Positions 16,222 to 25,500 of a stretch of 32,000 bases of DNA are shown here, one piece after another; within the stretch, counting starts at the first letter, position 1; every line of letters begins with the position of its first letter. The position numbers and the translations under genes were made by a program. The notes under the pieces are model-generated. The model ran no database searches and was not told the origin of the DNA. It worked only from the letters and a program-made list of their open reading frames with translations. This DNA is from Candidatus Methanoperedens sp. (GTDB lineage Archaea; Halobacteriota; Methanosarcinia; Methanosarcinales; Methanoperedenaceae), in assembly GCA_027460535.1 (NCBI GenBank), contig JAPZAR010000018.1, positions 37,146-69,145 on the forward strand. Reading direction: 5' to 3'.

Positions 16222-19200
16222 TCAACTTGAATATACGAATATATCGATAACCCCTTTTCCTGACTCATGCCTATCAAGGGCTTTTCCTATAATCGTTCCT
16301 GGTCGAAATAATTCTTCACCTTTAATTTTTATAGGACTGGCTTTCATAGCATGACCAGGGATTGAAGAAGATGTTAATAAATTTCCCCTTTTTATCGGAC
16401 CATTTTCATCAACAACTTTACAGGGAACACGACCACACAGGGCAACAGGAAATACCTTTTCACCGTCACGCTTTGTATTTAACAAGAATCCAGGTGCAGT
16501 CGATATAACTCCGAGGACTAAACAGTCATCCGGCTTTTCCGATATGATGATTCTATCCTCGTCCTGGTCCAAACGAACAACATCTCCAGGTTCAAGATCC
16601 ATATCTGAAGAATAGTTCTCAGCTAGGTCGCCAACCAAACCGGTTTTGAAACCATAACTTGAATACATTGTTCCCTCTGCTTGCACATCACCTGCAACAT
16701 GCAGCGCGCATACTGGGTCCGTTGTCATGATGCCGACGTAGCCTTTATTATAGTAAATACGCCCGGCGATAGAACCATCAATCCATTTGCTTGCGCCAAA
16801 AATATTTTTTAATCCTGAGCCATCGCCAACAAACGCATCCGCCTTAACTGTACCGATGACTTCTAATTCTTTTGATGGCGTTATCGTACCGATGCCGACA
16901 TTTCCTTTATCGTAATAGATACCGCCAGCAGCATCAGACCATTTGCCTGCGCCTGTTAACTGTGAGCCATCGCCTATGAATTTCGTTGCGCTGACAGTTC
17001 CATTAACTGATAAATCGCTGGCAGCATAAGCGTTCCCCACGAAGATATTGCCATTAATATCAATTCTCATTTTCTCTTTACCGTTTATCCTAAACTCCAG
17101 ACCTTGAGAATTGCCTTTGACATCAATGTATGAAGTATCATCGTTATCTCCCTTGATATCCAGACAGATTTCTCCCTCATCACCGAGACGCAGATGGCTA
17201 CCGTTCCAACGCCTTCCGAGTAGCGTTAAAGAAGGATAACCATTGCCGATGATTAAAAGCCCTTCCTTATCATAATCATCTGGAACATATTGATCTTCGC
17301 CTGCATAAGTAAATTCGCCAATCTGGAGCTTTCCTGATGGGCTCTTTGTACCGATGCCGACGATGCCATTATAAAAAATACTATCAGGGACTGCACCATC
17401 TGACCATTTGCCTTCATTGATACCTGTTAATCCTGATCCATCGCCTATGAACTTATCTGCCTTAATGGTGCCTATAACAGATAGTCTATCGGTTGCAGAT
17501 GGTGGTGTCCCGATACCCACGTTGTTCTTATAATAAATCCCGGCAGGGTCGCCGAGCCATTGGGTTTTACCGGTTAACTTCGAGCCGTCACCTATGAACT
17601 CCTTGGCTTTGACAGGGCCGTCAACGTATAAATTACCTAATAATTCCACATTACCCTTTCCATCAATACTGATTCTGATCAATTCCCGGGTCATGAGATA
17701 AATAGAATTGGACCCACCCATCGAGTTAATTTGCAGGCCACCTCCACCAGTACCTTCAGCCTGAATCCTGATATCGCTGTTTGTATCCTCAGTCGAAAGC
17801 CTTAATGCGTAACCGTCATTGCTTTTCACATCTAACCCATAACCTGGCGTGGATGTGCCAATGCCAACATTGCCTTTATCATAATAAATCCCGGCAGGGT
17901 CATTGAGCCATTGGCTGGCTCCTGTTAACTGCGAACCATCACCTAAGAACACATCTGCTTTAACAGTGCCGGCGACCTCTAATTCATTTGACGGCTTATC
18001 CGTCCCGATACCGACATAGCCGCCATTACGGTTTATATAAGTATTTGCAGCGCTATTATTTATTAACAAGGCTTCAAGCTCTTTTGACCAGAGAATATCC
18101 GCTTTCTGTGTGCCATCTTCATAGAAAGATATCACCGGGTCGGGTATGAATTCTGCCAGCATTGGTACGGGGGCCGGACTGGAACCATGGATCCTGACAT
18201 AATCACCTGACATAGAATCAATCGGTTGAACAAGAAGATCCCCGTTCCTTACTTCAAGTTTTGATTCCGGATTCAGCGTCCCAATACCGACATTCCCCAT
18301 AATCTCGGCATTTTCGGCTAAATTCAATGTATCTCCTGAGAATCCAGATGCATTAATGTTAGTGGCTTTAACTGTGCCATTAACGTGCAGTAGTTTTTCA
18401 GATGGTTCATCGATACCTATGCCAACATTGCCATCGTTATCAACAATCAGGGCAGGGTCAGGAGAGCCGTCTGAACCCACGAGTTTGCTGTGCTTATGGA
18501 GTTCATCTGCAATTGAAGCATCGGTCAATTTAAGCACATTGTCACCGTAAACTAAATCTAACAAATTATTTTCAAGACCGATTTTCCATTTGCTATTTTT
18601 CTCAATAGCCTCCTCTCGCCATATTATCTGGGCATTTGGTGCTGTCCCACCCCGATAAACCTCTAAACCGCCATCACCAATAAGCGGTTTTTTATTCCCG
18701 GGGGGTGGATAATCATGTACTGTAATGATATTGTCTGAAATTACTACTCCTTCTTTCCGGGTCCCTTTGACTGTAAGATTACCATCAATCGTACAATTAC
18801 CATCGACTGCCAGATTTTTATCACCCGGATCAGATGTGCCTCCGATGTGCAGACCGCCGGGCATCCCGCTTTTTACCTCAAGCGTCCCATTAACAGTGCA
18901 ATTGCCATCTACGACCAGATTTTTATCACCCGGCTCAGACGTGCTTCCGATACGAAGACCGCCTGTGAAATTCGTTAAAGGAGAATTGATTTGAATCCCG
19001 TTTTCAGCATCAAACTTCTTTCCCTCGATAGAAAGTGCGCTTTCTTCCCCATCCACAGATAGCGCCAGTTTACCGTAGGCTCCAGCATAAATGCGGTCTT
19101 CATTTTCGATATGGACATGTCCATCTATCAATTTGACCTTTGCCAGTATGATATGACTTTCATTGTCAGGTTTATTTTCAGGTTTAACTGCAATTAATTC

Positions 19201-19626
19201 AACTTTGGCTGTTTCCAGCCAGTTGATTTCTTCACTCCCCCCCTTCGACTCATCAGTATAGTTTTTTTCCTCAAACCGATAAATATAAAAATAGACTCCA
19301 TCACCTTCAGCTGCAGTGCCTTTGAGTTCGATATCATCTGTCTCAGCAAAAAGAATGATCTCCTGACTTACATCATCTTCATTTGCTGCTTTCACCTTAT
19401 TGAGCGCCATGCCCGGCTTTATTTTTACACTTGTGGGATTGGATCCCTCTACTACCTCCAGTCCCCATACTATCCCGTGGCTGTGCAGATGCCCGTTATG
19501 AAGCCGCCGCATCCTGATATGATAATTCTGGTCAAGCACGAACTCTTCCTGTTTCAGGAACAGTTCATTAAAGTATCGCATCCTTCTGACTTCTTTCATT
19601 TTCTCAATGTCATCCAACGTTATCAT
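16222..19626 (-). CDS. eCIS tail fibre (Afp13/Pvc13-position) with internal GIGT...GDGSxLTG repeats
   Basis: It follows the baseplate genes. At least six repeats of the type NVGIGTxxPxxxLxVxGTVKAxxFxGDGSxLTG. The likely true start is the ATG at 19626, 6 nt after a perfect AAGGAGGT (19633-19640), rather than the GTG at 19680 in the ORF track. Confidence 0.8.
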   Translation of the reverse strand: MITLDDIEKMKEVRRMRYFNELFLKQEEFVLDQNYHIRMRRLHNGHLHSHGIVWGLEVVEGSNPTSVKIKPGMALNKVKAANEDDVSQEIILFAETDDIELKGTAAEGDGVYFYIYRFEEKNYTDESKGGSEEINWLETAKVELIAVKPENKPDNESHIILAKVKLIDGHVHIENEDRIYAGAYGKLALSVDGEESALSIEGKKFDAENGIQINSPLTNFTGGLRIGSTSEPGDKNLVVDGNCTVNGTLEVKSGMPGGLHIGGTSDPGDKNLAVDGNCTIDGNLTVKGTRKEGVVISDNIITVHDYPPPGNKKPLIGDGGLEVYRGGTAPNAQIIWREEAIEKNSKWKIGLENNLLDLVYGDNVLKLTDASIADELHKHSKLVGSDGSPDPALIVDNDGNVGIGIDEPSEKLLHVNGTVKATNINASGFSGDTLNLAENAEIMGNVGIGTLNPESKLEVRNGDLLVQPIDSMSGDYVRIHGSSPAPVPMLAEFIPDPVISFYEDGTQKADILWSKELEALLINNSAANTYINRNGGYVGIGTDKPSNELEVAGTVKADVFLGDGSQLTGASQWLNDPAGIYYDKGNVGIGTSTPGYGLDVKSNDGYALRLSTEDTNSDIRIQAEGTGGGGLQINSMGGSNSIYLMTRELIRISIDGKGNVELLGNLYVDGPVKAKEFIGDGSKLTGKTQWLGDPAGIYYKNNVGIGTPPSATDRLSVIGTIKADKFIGDGSGLTGINEGKWSDGAVPDSIFYNGIVGIGTKSPSGKLQIGEFTYAGEDQYVPDDYDKEGLLIIGNGYPSLTLLGRRWNGSHLRLGDEGEICLDIKGDNDDTSYIDVKGNSQGLEFRINGKEKMRIDINGNIFVGNAYAASDLSVNGTVSATKFIGDGSQLTGAGKWSDAAGGIYYDKGNVGIGTITPSKELEVIGTVKADAFVGDGSGLKNIFGASKWIDGSIAGRIYYNKGYVGIMTTDPVCALHVAGDVQAEGTMYSSYGFKTGLVGDLAENYSSDMDLEPGDVVRLDQDEDRIIISEKPDDCLVLGVISTAPGFLLNTKRDGEKVFPVALCGRVPCKVVDENGPIKRGNLLTSSSIPGHAMKASPIKIKGEELFRPGTIIGKALDRHESGKGVIDIFVYSS

Positions 19627-19632
19627 ATTTTT

Positions 19633-19640
19633 ACCTCCTT
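19633..19640 (-). promoter_or_regulatory. Shine-Dalgarno site of the tail fibre gene
   Basis: The minus strand reads AAGGAGGT-AAAAAT-ATG. Confidence 0.6.
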
Positions 19641-19698
19641 GTTTTATTATAATCATTTCTCTTAATATCTTTAAACTCACTCGATTTCCATTGACAGA

Positions 19699-20715
19699 TC
19701 ATGCCTCCGTGCTTTCGCGGATCAAGCTTCCAAGCAGTGTATCCACCCCGATTTTTGAATGTACTCCTATTTGCATGGTGGGTGCCTCAGTAATCAGATA
19801 ATAATATGTGTGAGCCGGTTTTTCAAGATTGATGATGTTCCTTATGACGCGCCTCCTCTTTTCCAGTATCTCCCGACTCGCTGTGGGCAGCTCGATATAT
19901 ACCTGGAAATAATAGGGGCGTCCTTCCCGTATCGCTGTATTCGTTCCGATCGTGGAACTGACGCCTATCTGTAATGTCTCCAGGAACTCATTTATTGATA
20001 TCTTGACATCTTCGCCCACATAGATCCGGATGAACTTTCGCAGTCCGTCAAGCGTTCCTCGCCTCTGGTACAGCGGGATTATCTTCGCAATAAGATCGCG
20101 CTTTTTCGCAGCGTTATTCTCATTCCATTCATCCTCTTCTCTCGGAACAAGGGCCATCCAGCCTGCAAGCCAGGGAAGGAACTCAAGAGGCATATTAAGA
20201 GGTTCGAAATAGATATGGATCTGGTCAATTATTTCCTCTATACCTTTTCTTTGAGTTACTTCATAAGGGAACGCTTCTACCAGAAGCATCATGTTCAGGC
20301 GGATGAGGTCATTACCGACCGGATTTTTTTCAAGAAGCTCTGCGGTTTCAGGAGATAATTTTATCCTCTGGAAGCGGTTTTTTTCATATATCGAATTTCC
20401 AAGGAGCAGGTTCTTGAATTCTTCATTCAGGGCTTTTTGAAGGGCTTCTGACGGCTGACTTGCATTCATGAACTCATCCAGAATCCGCCTGTTCTCTTGT
20501 GAAAATCTATCCTTAATGAAAACGGACAGGGGATTATTAGCATCAAGCAATTTGTACGCCAGACCAGCCGGATCTTTGATCTCCACGCGGAACAGTGAGT
20601 ATTTTGAAAGGATGTTCTCAAATACTTTCAGGAACCTTTCAAGAAAGCCATCTTTTTCTATCTGATAGATGGCAGGCAAATACCGAAGATAATTTCTGTC
20701 GTTATTGTCATTCAT
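19699..20715 (-). CDS. Baseplate wedge protein, P2 gpI-like / phage-tail-protein (TIGR02242-like) family
   Basis: YLRYLPAIYQ near the N-terminus and FLPWLAGWMAL...W...KRDLIAKIIPLYQRRGTLDGLRKFIRIYVG, the characteristic gpI-type motifs. The start overlaps the upstream stop by 8 nt. Confidence 0.7.
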   Translation of the reverse strand: MNDNNDRNYLRYLPAIYQIEKDGFLERFLKVFENILSKYSLFRVEIKDPAGLAYKLLDANNPLSVFIKDRFSQENRRILDEFMNASQPSEALQKALNEEFKNLLLGNSIYEKNRFQRIKLSPETAELLEKNPVGNDLIRLNMMLLVEAFPYEVTQRKGIEEIIDQIHIYFEPLNMPLEFLPWLAGWMALVPREEDEWNENNAAKKRDLIAKIIPLYQRRGTLDGLRKFIRIYVGEDVKISINEFLETLQIGVSSTIGTNTAIREGRPYYFQVYIELPTASREILEKRRRVIRNIINLEKPAHTYYYLITEAPTMQIGVHSKIGVDTLLGSLIRESTEA

Positions 20716-22567
20716 ATTTCACCGTTTCTATGTCGAATTTCTCCAATGCGATCAGCTGGTGCTTCTCGATCGCAAGTGTCGAAGCATTTTCAACATCGTT
20801 TATCCAGATTTTAGCGACATAGTCTACGCCGTTGATATTTTCCAGCAGGTTGTACACTTCAGAGCGGTAGATATGCCTGCCCATGGGCCAGCCAGTTCCC
20901 TCCGGTCCGCCTGAGATCGGATTGAAATATTCTTTAATCCTTCTTTCAGCCTCAGATATCACTTCGGCTTGCTTAATATTTTCTTTAATGGCAAGCTGCA
21001 CTCTCAGCTTCACATTTGCATAAACAGGACTCACCACATGCACACGTGTCGTGATCAATCTCCTCGCATCCAGATATGCTTTGATCTCTTCCAGCAACAG
21101 ATCTGAAGGTTTTCCCTCTTCTTTGCAATATCTGGAAATCTCGTATATATTTAGAATACTATTTTCTTTTATAGCATTAAGCGCAAAGGTGCAACCATCA
21201 TCGATTTTCAGGTTCACAATGGTTTTCGTATCATTAAGTTTTAGAGAAAGAGTTTTTTCTTCAGTAGATACATTTATTGTCCTACCATTATCGATTTTTT
21301 CAATTTTTGCTATTTTTGCCAAATCAATACCATATTTCTGTTCCAGAAATTCTGCGAGTTTCCCATTATCGTTTCCCGGGATTTCATCCCATCTGAACAA
21401 ATATGAATCTTCTACTCCGCGTGGAATAATGATCACAGAAACATGTCCTGGAAGCTCCTCATTTACCCCATATTCTTCAATTCCCTTGCTGTATAATAGT
21501 TTCCGGTTGGTCATGCAGACAGCCCTTCCCGGAGGGTCTTTTTGCAGCAGGATTTTCATACAATCCTGTGCTCTTTTTTTATAATCTTCTGACGTGATGG
21601 CCCTGTACATGGATTCCATGAATTCAACGGGAGCCTGTTTGATTTCCGAGATGCTCTTCTTTTTTCCATCATTGATTTCGACCAAGAAATTGAGAAGATT
21701 TTTATAAGCTCCGTCCAGATCAGGCATATTATATATGTTCAATCCTCCATTTTCTTTTATGGAATGCAGGTAGCGCACCTTACAGCCATTGATATTGAGA
21801 TTTCCTTTTCCCTCAATTTCATCCACTTTTATTTCTATCCACTTTTTGCCTGAGGAAATATTGAGAGTCTTAATTGAAGGATTATATACGTTAAGTTTGT
21901 CTTCTCCTTCCATCAAAACGAATTCATCGGTTCTACCATCATCGGTTATCAGCCTTACCTTCTTTTCCTCTTTTTTAAGTCCAAGAGAGACAAATTTATC
22001 TCCTGAAGATAGTTTTATGGTTTCATCATATGTGTCATCATGATAATTTTTAACTATTATTGATTTTTCCACCCAATCAATACCAAATCTCATTTTTAAA
22101 AATGATGTGAGTATTTTGTCATCGTTTCCTGGTACATCGTTCCAGGAAAAAAAATATGATTGATCGTGCTTTATGATCTTCGCATTATCATAATTTGTTA
22201 CCCAATCTAAACCGAGTTCGGTCTTCAGGAAATTCCGTAATCTGATCTCACCATCCGGTTTAAAATCATTCCAGTCAAATAAATACGTGCTTTCAAGTAT
22301 TTTCTCGAGATCGTCTTTATTCTGTGTTCCTGCGATGAGCTTCAGGAAGTTGGTATAGGATTCTACAGTGACCTGGTTCATCCTGTACATTACCATTTCG
22401 CTGAGCCATGCGAAAAGTTCAAGGAGCGTTATTCCAGGATCTGATGGATTGTGGTTTGTCCAGTCCCTGTCATAATTAAGGATAAGCGATCGCGCCTCTT
22501 TCATCAGGTCATCGAAACGTCTGTCATCCAGATTAGGTATTGGTAAATTCGATATAGGTACGGACAT
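20708..22567 (-). CDS. Baseplate J (gp6/gpJ)-like protein carrying three copies of an inserted WDEIPG-type repeat module
   Basis: N-terminal SDPGITLLELFAWLSEMVMYRMNQV and C-terminal RLITTRVHVVSP...GWPMGRHIYRSEVYNLLENINGVDYV match the baseplate-J pattern. Three internal modules start at YLFDWNDF, YFFSWNDVPGNDD and YLFRWDEIPGNDNG. Confidence 0.8.
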   Translation of the reverse strand: MSVPISNLPIPNLDDRRFDDLMKEARSLILNYDRDWTNHNPSDPGITLLELFAWLSEMVMYRMNQVTVESYTNFLKLIAGTQNKDDLEKILESTYLFDWNDFKPDGEIRLRNFLKTELGLDWVTNYDNAKIIKHDQSYFFSWNDVPGNDDKILTSFLKMRFGIDWVEKSIIVKNYHDDTYDETIKLSSGDKFVSLGLKKEEKKVRLITDDGRTDEFVLMEGEDKLNVYNPSIKTLNISSGKKWIEIKVDEIEGKGNLNINGCKVRYLHSIKENGGLNIYNMPDLDGAYKNLLNFLVEINDGKKKSISEIKQAPVEFMESMYRAITSEDYKKRAQDCMKILLQKDPPGRAVCMTNRKLLYSKGIEEYGVNEELPGHVSVIIIPRGVEDSYLFRWDEIPGNDNGKLAEFLEQKYGIDLAKIAKIEKIDNGRTINVSTEEKTLSLKLNDTKTIVNLKIDDGCTFALNAIKENSILNIYEISRYCKEEGKPSDLLLEEIKAYLDARRLITTRVHVVSPVYANVKLRVQLAIKENIKQAEVISEAERRIKEYFNPISGGPEGTGWPMGRHIYRSEVYNLLENINGVDYVAKIWINDVENASTLAIEKHQLIALEKFDIETVKYE

Positions 22568-22588
22568 GTGTTGCCTCGAAAGAAAAAA

Positions 22589-25500
22589 TCAGCGTTTAGA
22601 CAATTCAGCTCCAAAACACCATCTGCAGTAATCGTATACATTGGTCATATCAAGATCATCATAATTTCTGATGAACTTTCTATGCCCAAGTCTTATATCA
22701 GGAAGATGGCAGTTCTTCTTCCAGTTATTCAATTTATGGACCTCCCGGGTGTTTGTATTAATAAGATAAGGGAATTCAGGAAGTTTTCCGTTATGTACCA
22801 GATTATATATTTCATCGATTTTGACATCGGGTAATCCCTCCTCCTCCTCACTCTTATTTATCACATGTGTACCGGAATAAACAAGATAGTTATCATCTAT
22901 GAAAATGGTTTCAACCTTATCACTTATTTCTTTTATCTGTGAAGAATCAATCTTAGTTGGATCATCCCTGAGCCCGAGGAACAATTTATCACTTATCTCA
23001 AGTGGCGCTACCTTGAGATTAATGATGTCGCTATTCGCAGGCACACCTTCGGTAATGAATGACTTAATTCTCTTATCAAATGTTTCCACGACGCTCCAAG
23101 GAGGGAATCCAGTTTCAGATCGTACGGATTCACATTCAAGGATGTCACCCTTAATATTATGAGACACGGAACTAACAACAAGAAGTTTCCTGTTTTCGCC
23201 ATCTCTGAGGATAATATTGTCTCCTTCTTTAAAACCCACTACAGTAAGAGTATCAGTTCCTTCAAGTGGAAGTCGTTCAGCCAGAGAGAATATTGCTCTG
23301 TCATAGATTTTCGTTTTGTCCTTTGCAACCAATTCATCGGTCCTGATGTTATCGATTGTGAGGATCAGCCTTGTTGGATCATCATCAAATCTGATCGAAA
23401 CCGTGTTATTGACGATCTTATTGTAAGTGTATATGTTTAGCTTATTATTCTCGACCTTCGCCTCGAATTTATCGGTCCTGTGGTCAGTTGAGATCGAAAG
23501 GTCTGCTTTGGTTTTTGTAGCGTCGAGCCTGATCAGAATATAGTTTTGATTCAAAGGTGGCCATACAAAAGGACCTTTGATTTTCAGGGTTATGCCATTG
23601 TCAATTTTTCTAACTATCGAAAAAACTTGATCTAACCAGTCCAAACCAAATTCTTCTCTTAGATATGTAATAAGTTTATATTTTTCTTTTCCCGGTACTT
23701 CCTCAGTATCGGCAACCTCTTCCCAGCTGAACAAATATTTATTATATATGTGATTATATGTGTACACATATATGACATTCTTGGTTTTTTCAATCGTTTC
23801 TCCCTTCTCAAAGTCAATGCCAAAATTCTGTGTCAGATAAGCTTTCAAATTTTTTGAATCTTTTCCCGGAATTTCATCCCAGTCAAATAGGAATTTCTTA
23901 CCTATCGACACAATACTGCGCTCTGGATAAACAACCGATGGAGTTATTTCATTGATTTTCAATTTATAAATCTGTATCGAAGCATTAAGATACAGCTGAT
24001 CCACATAGTCCACACCATCCGTATTCTTGATGACTTTATAAACTTCCGATATATAAACATCCCTTCCGAAATCCCGTCCTTTATTGTCTGTACCCCCGTG
24101 CAGCGGGTGAAAGAACTCATTCAGTCTTTTAATGATCCTGCCTTCAATGGTCTTTGCCTCGGGGATCGAAGTGAACTGGACAGAAGCTACCACTCCCACC
24201 TTGATATAACCCGGACCTATCATATTGATCTGGGAACGGTCTATGAGATGGGTCGATGTCTTTTTTTCAATATCATCTTTAATGCTATCTATTAATTCCT
24301 GGGTCGGAAGAGGTTTGTGATCGTCGCTTTCCGGGACTATGATCACCGTGACCCAGCCGGATTTTGTCCTCTGGGTGGGATCTTTGACTGGCAGGCATTT
24401 TGCTTTTGCTACTTTTGGGGATGCCCTGACCAGCCACTCATAGTCCTCTAAAGTGACTGCTCTTTCATGGTGTTTGATAGTCTGAGGTCCTCTTTCTTCA
24501 GCACTTTCCAGGGTCTCCTTATCCCATCCGCCATCTGCATCCGCGTGATTCGTGACTGACTTGACAAATGGAAAAGCGGTCTTTAGTTTTGTTATGGAGT
24601 ATGCCCTGGCATTATTTCCATCATTTCCCCCTCCATACCGATAGCTGCACACGATATTATTTTTTCCAGCTGGAGGGATCATCCCTCTTACTCCGTCGCC
24701 AAAGGTTATTGTCCCATTAATCCTGTCTATAATATAGTGCCTGCTATGGGGTCCAGAAGAGAAGAAATGGCTTACCTCATGCCATCGAACCCGGTAACCT
24801 GTGATGTTGCCTGCATCATCCTTAAGATCTTTGACTGCTGCCTTATCGTTTTTTTCTTCAGAAATTATGAGCTTTCTTTCCTCTTGTGTGAGTGACAGTT
24901 CATTCACGCACACTCTTTGACCGCTAAGGACAGGTGAATGAGAAAATTTGATGACCTGATTCTTTTGCCCGTTACTTCCACCGATCTTCTCATCTCTAAC
25001 TGTAACCAGGTTGCTTGCCCATACCGTGTTAGTGTGCACGCTTCGCAGTTTTGGCAACCTATCATATCTTCCCTTATCGATACGGGCCCGTATCCAGTAA
25101 TACTCTTTCTCTTTCGCATCGTTCTCTTCCTCCCCCTTCTTTTCCTCAAAACAATACCTCTTATTGATATCGGAAGGAGCAGGGAATTGGATAATATCCT
25201 TTCTCGTCAGGTTCTCTGTTTTATCTTCAACGCTCAGGAGGGACCAGTTTTTCCCATTCCAGTATTCCCATGCCAGAACAGGAGGATTATCTGAAAGTGA
25301 GAGACTGATGGTGCTGCCATCCGAACTGAAGTCATGGATTAGTTTTTCTTCCCAGATGATTGTTTGATTATCAATCCTTTTAATGATCTTTTTCTCGATT
25401 TCACCTGAAGGATTGCGAAATTCCACAAAGTCCCCGATATACAGACTGGAAGCATCTTTCAAGGCGATATTAGTGGCTTCACGTCCCGGTCCTTTGTTAT

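Noticed and set aside
16222-19626. Diversity-generating retroelement acting on the tail fibre
   Set aside because: No reverse transcriptase ORF and no template/variable repeat pair with adenine-specific differences anywhere in the window. The fibre repeats are ordinary intragenic protein repeats.
22568-22834. 88-aa plus-strand ORF overlapping the 3' end of the giant baseplate gene
   Set aside because: It is antisense to the conserved Cys/His C-terminus of the baseplate ORF, lacks an RBS and has a low-complexity translation.
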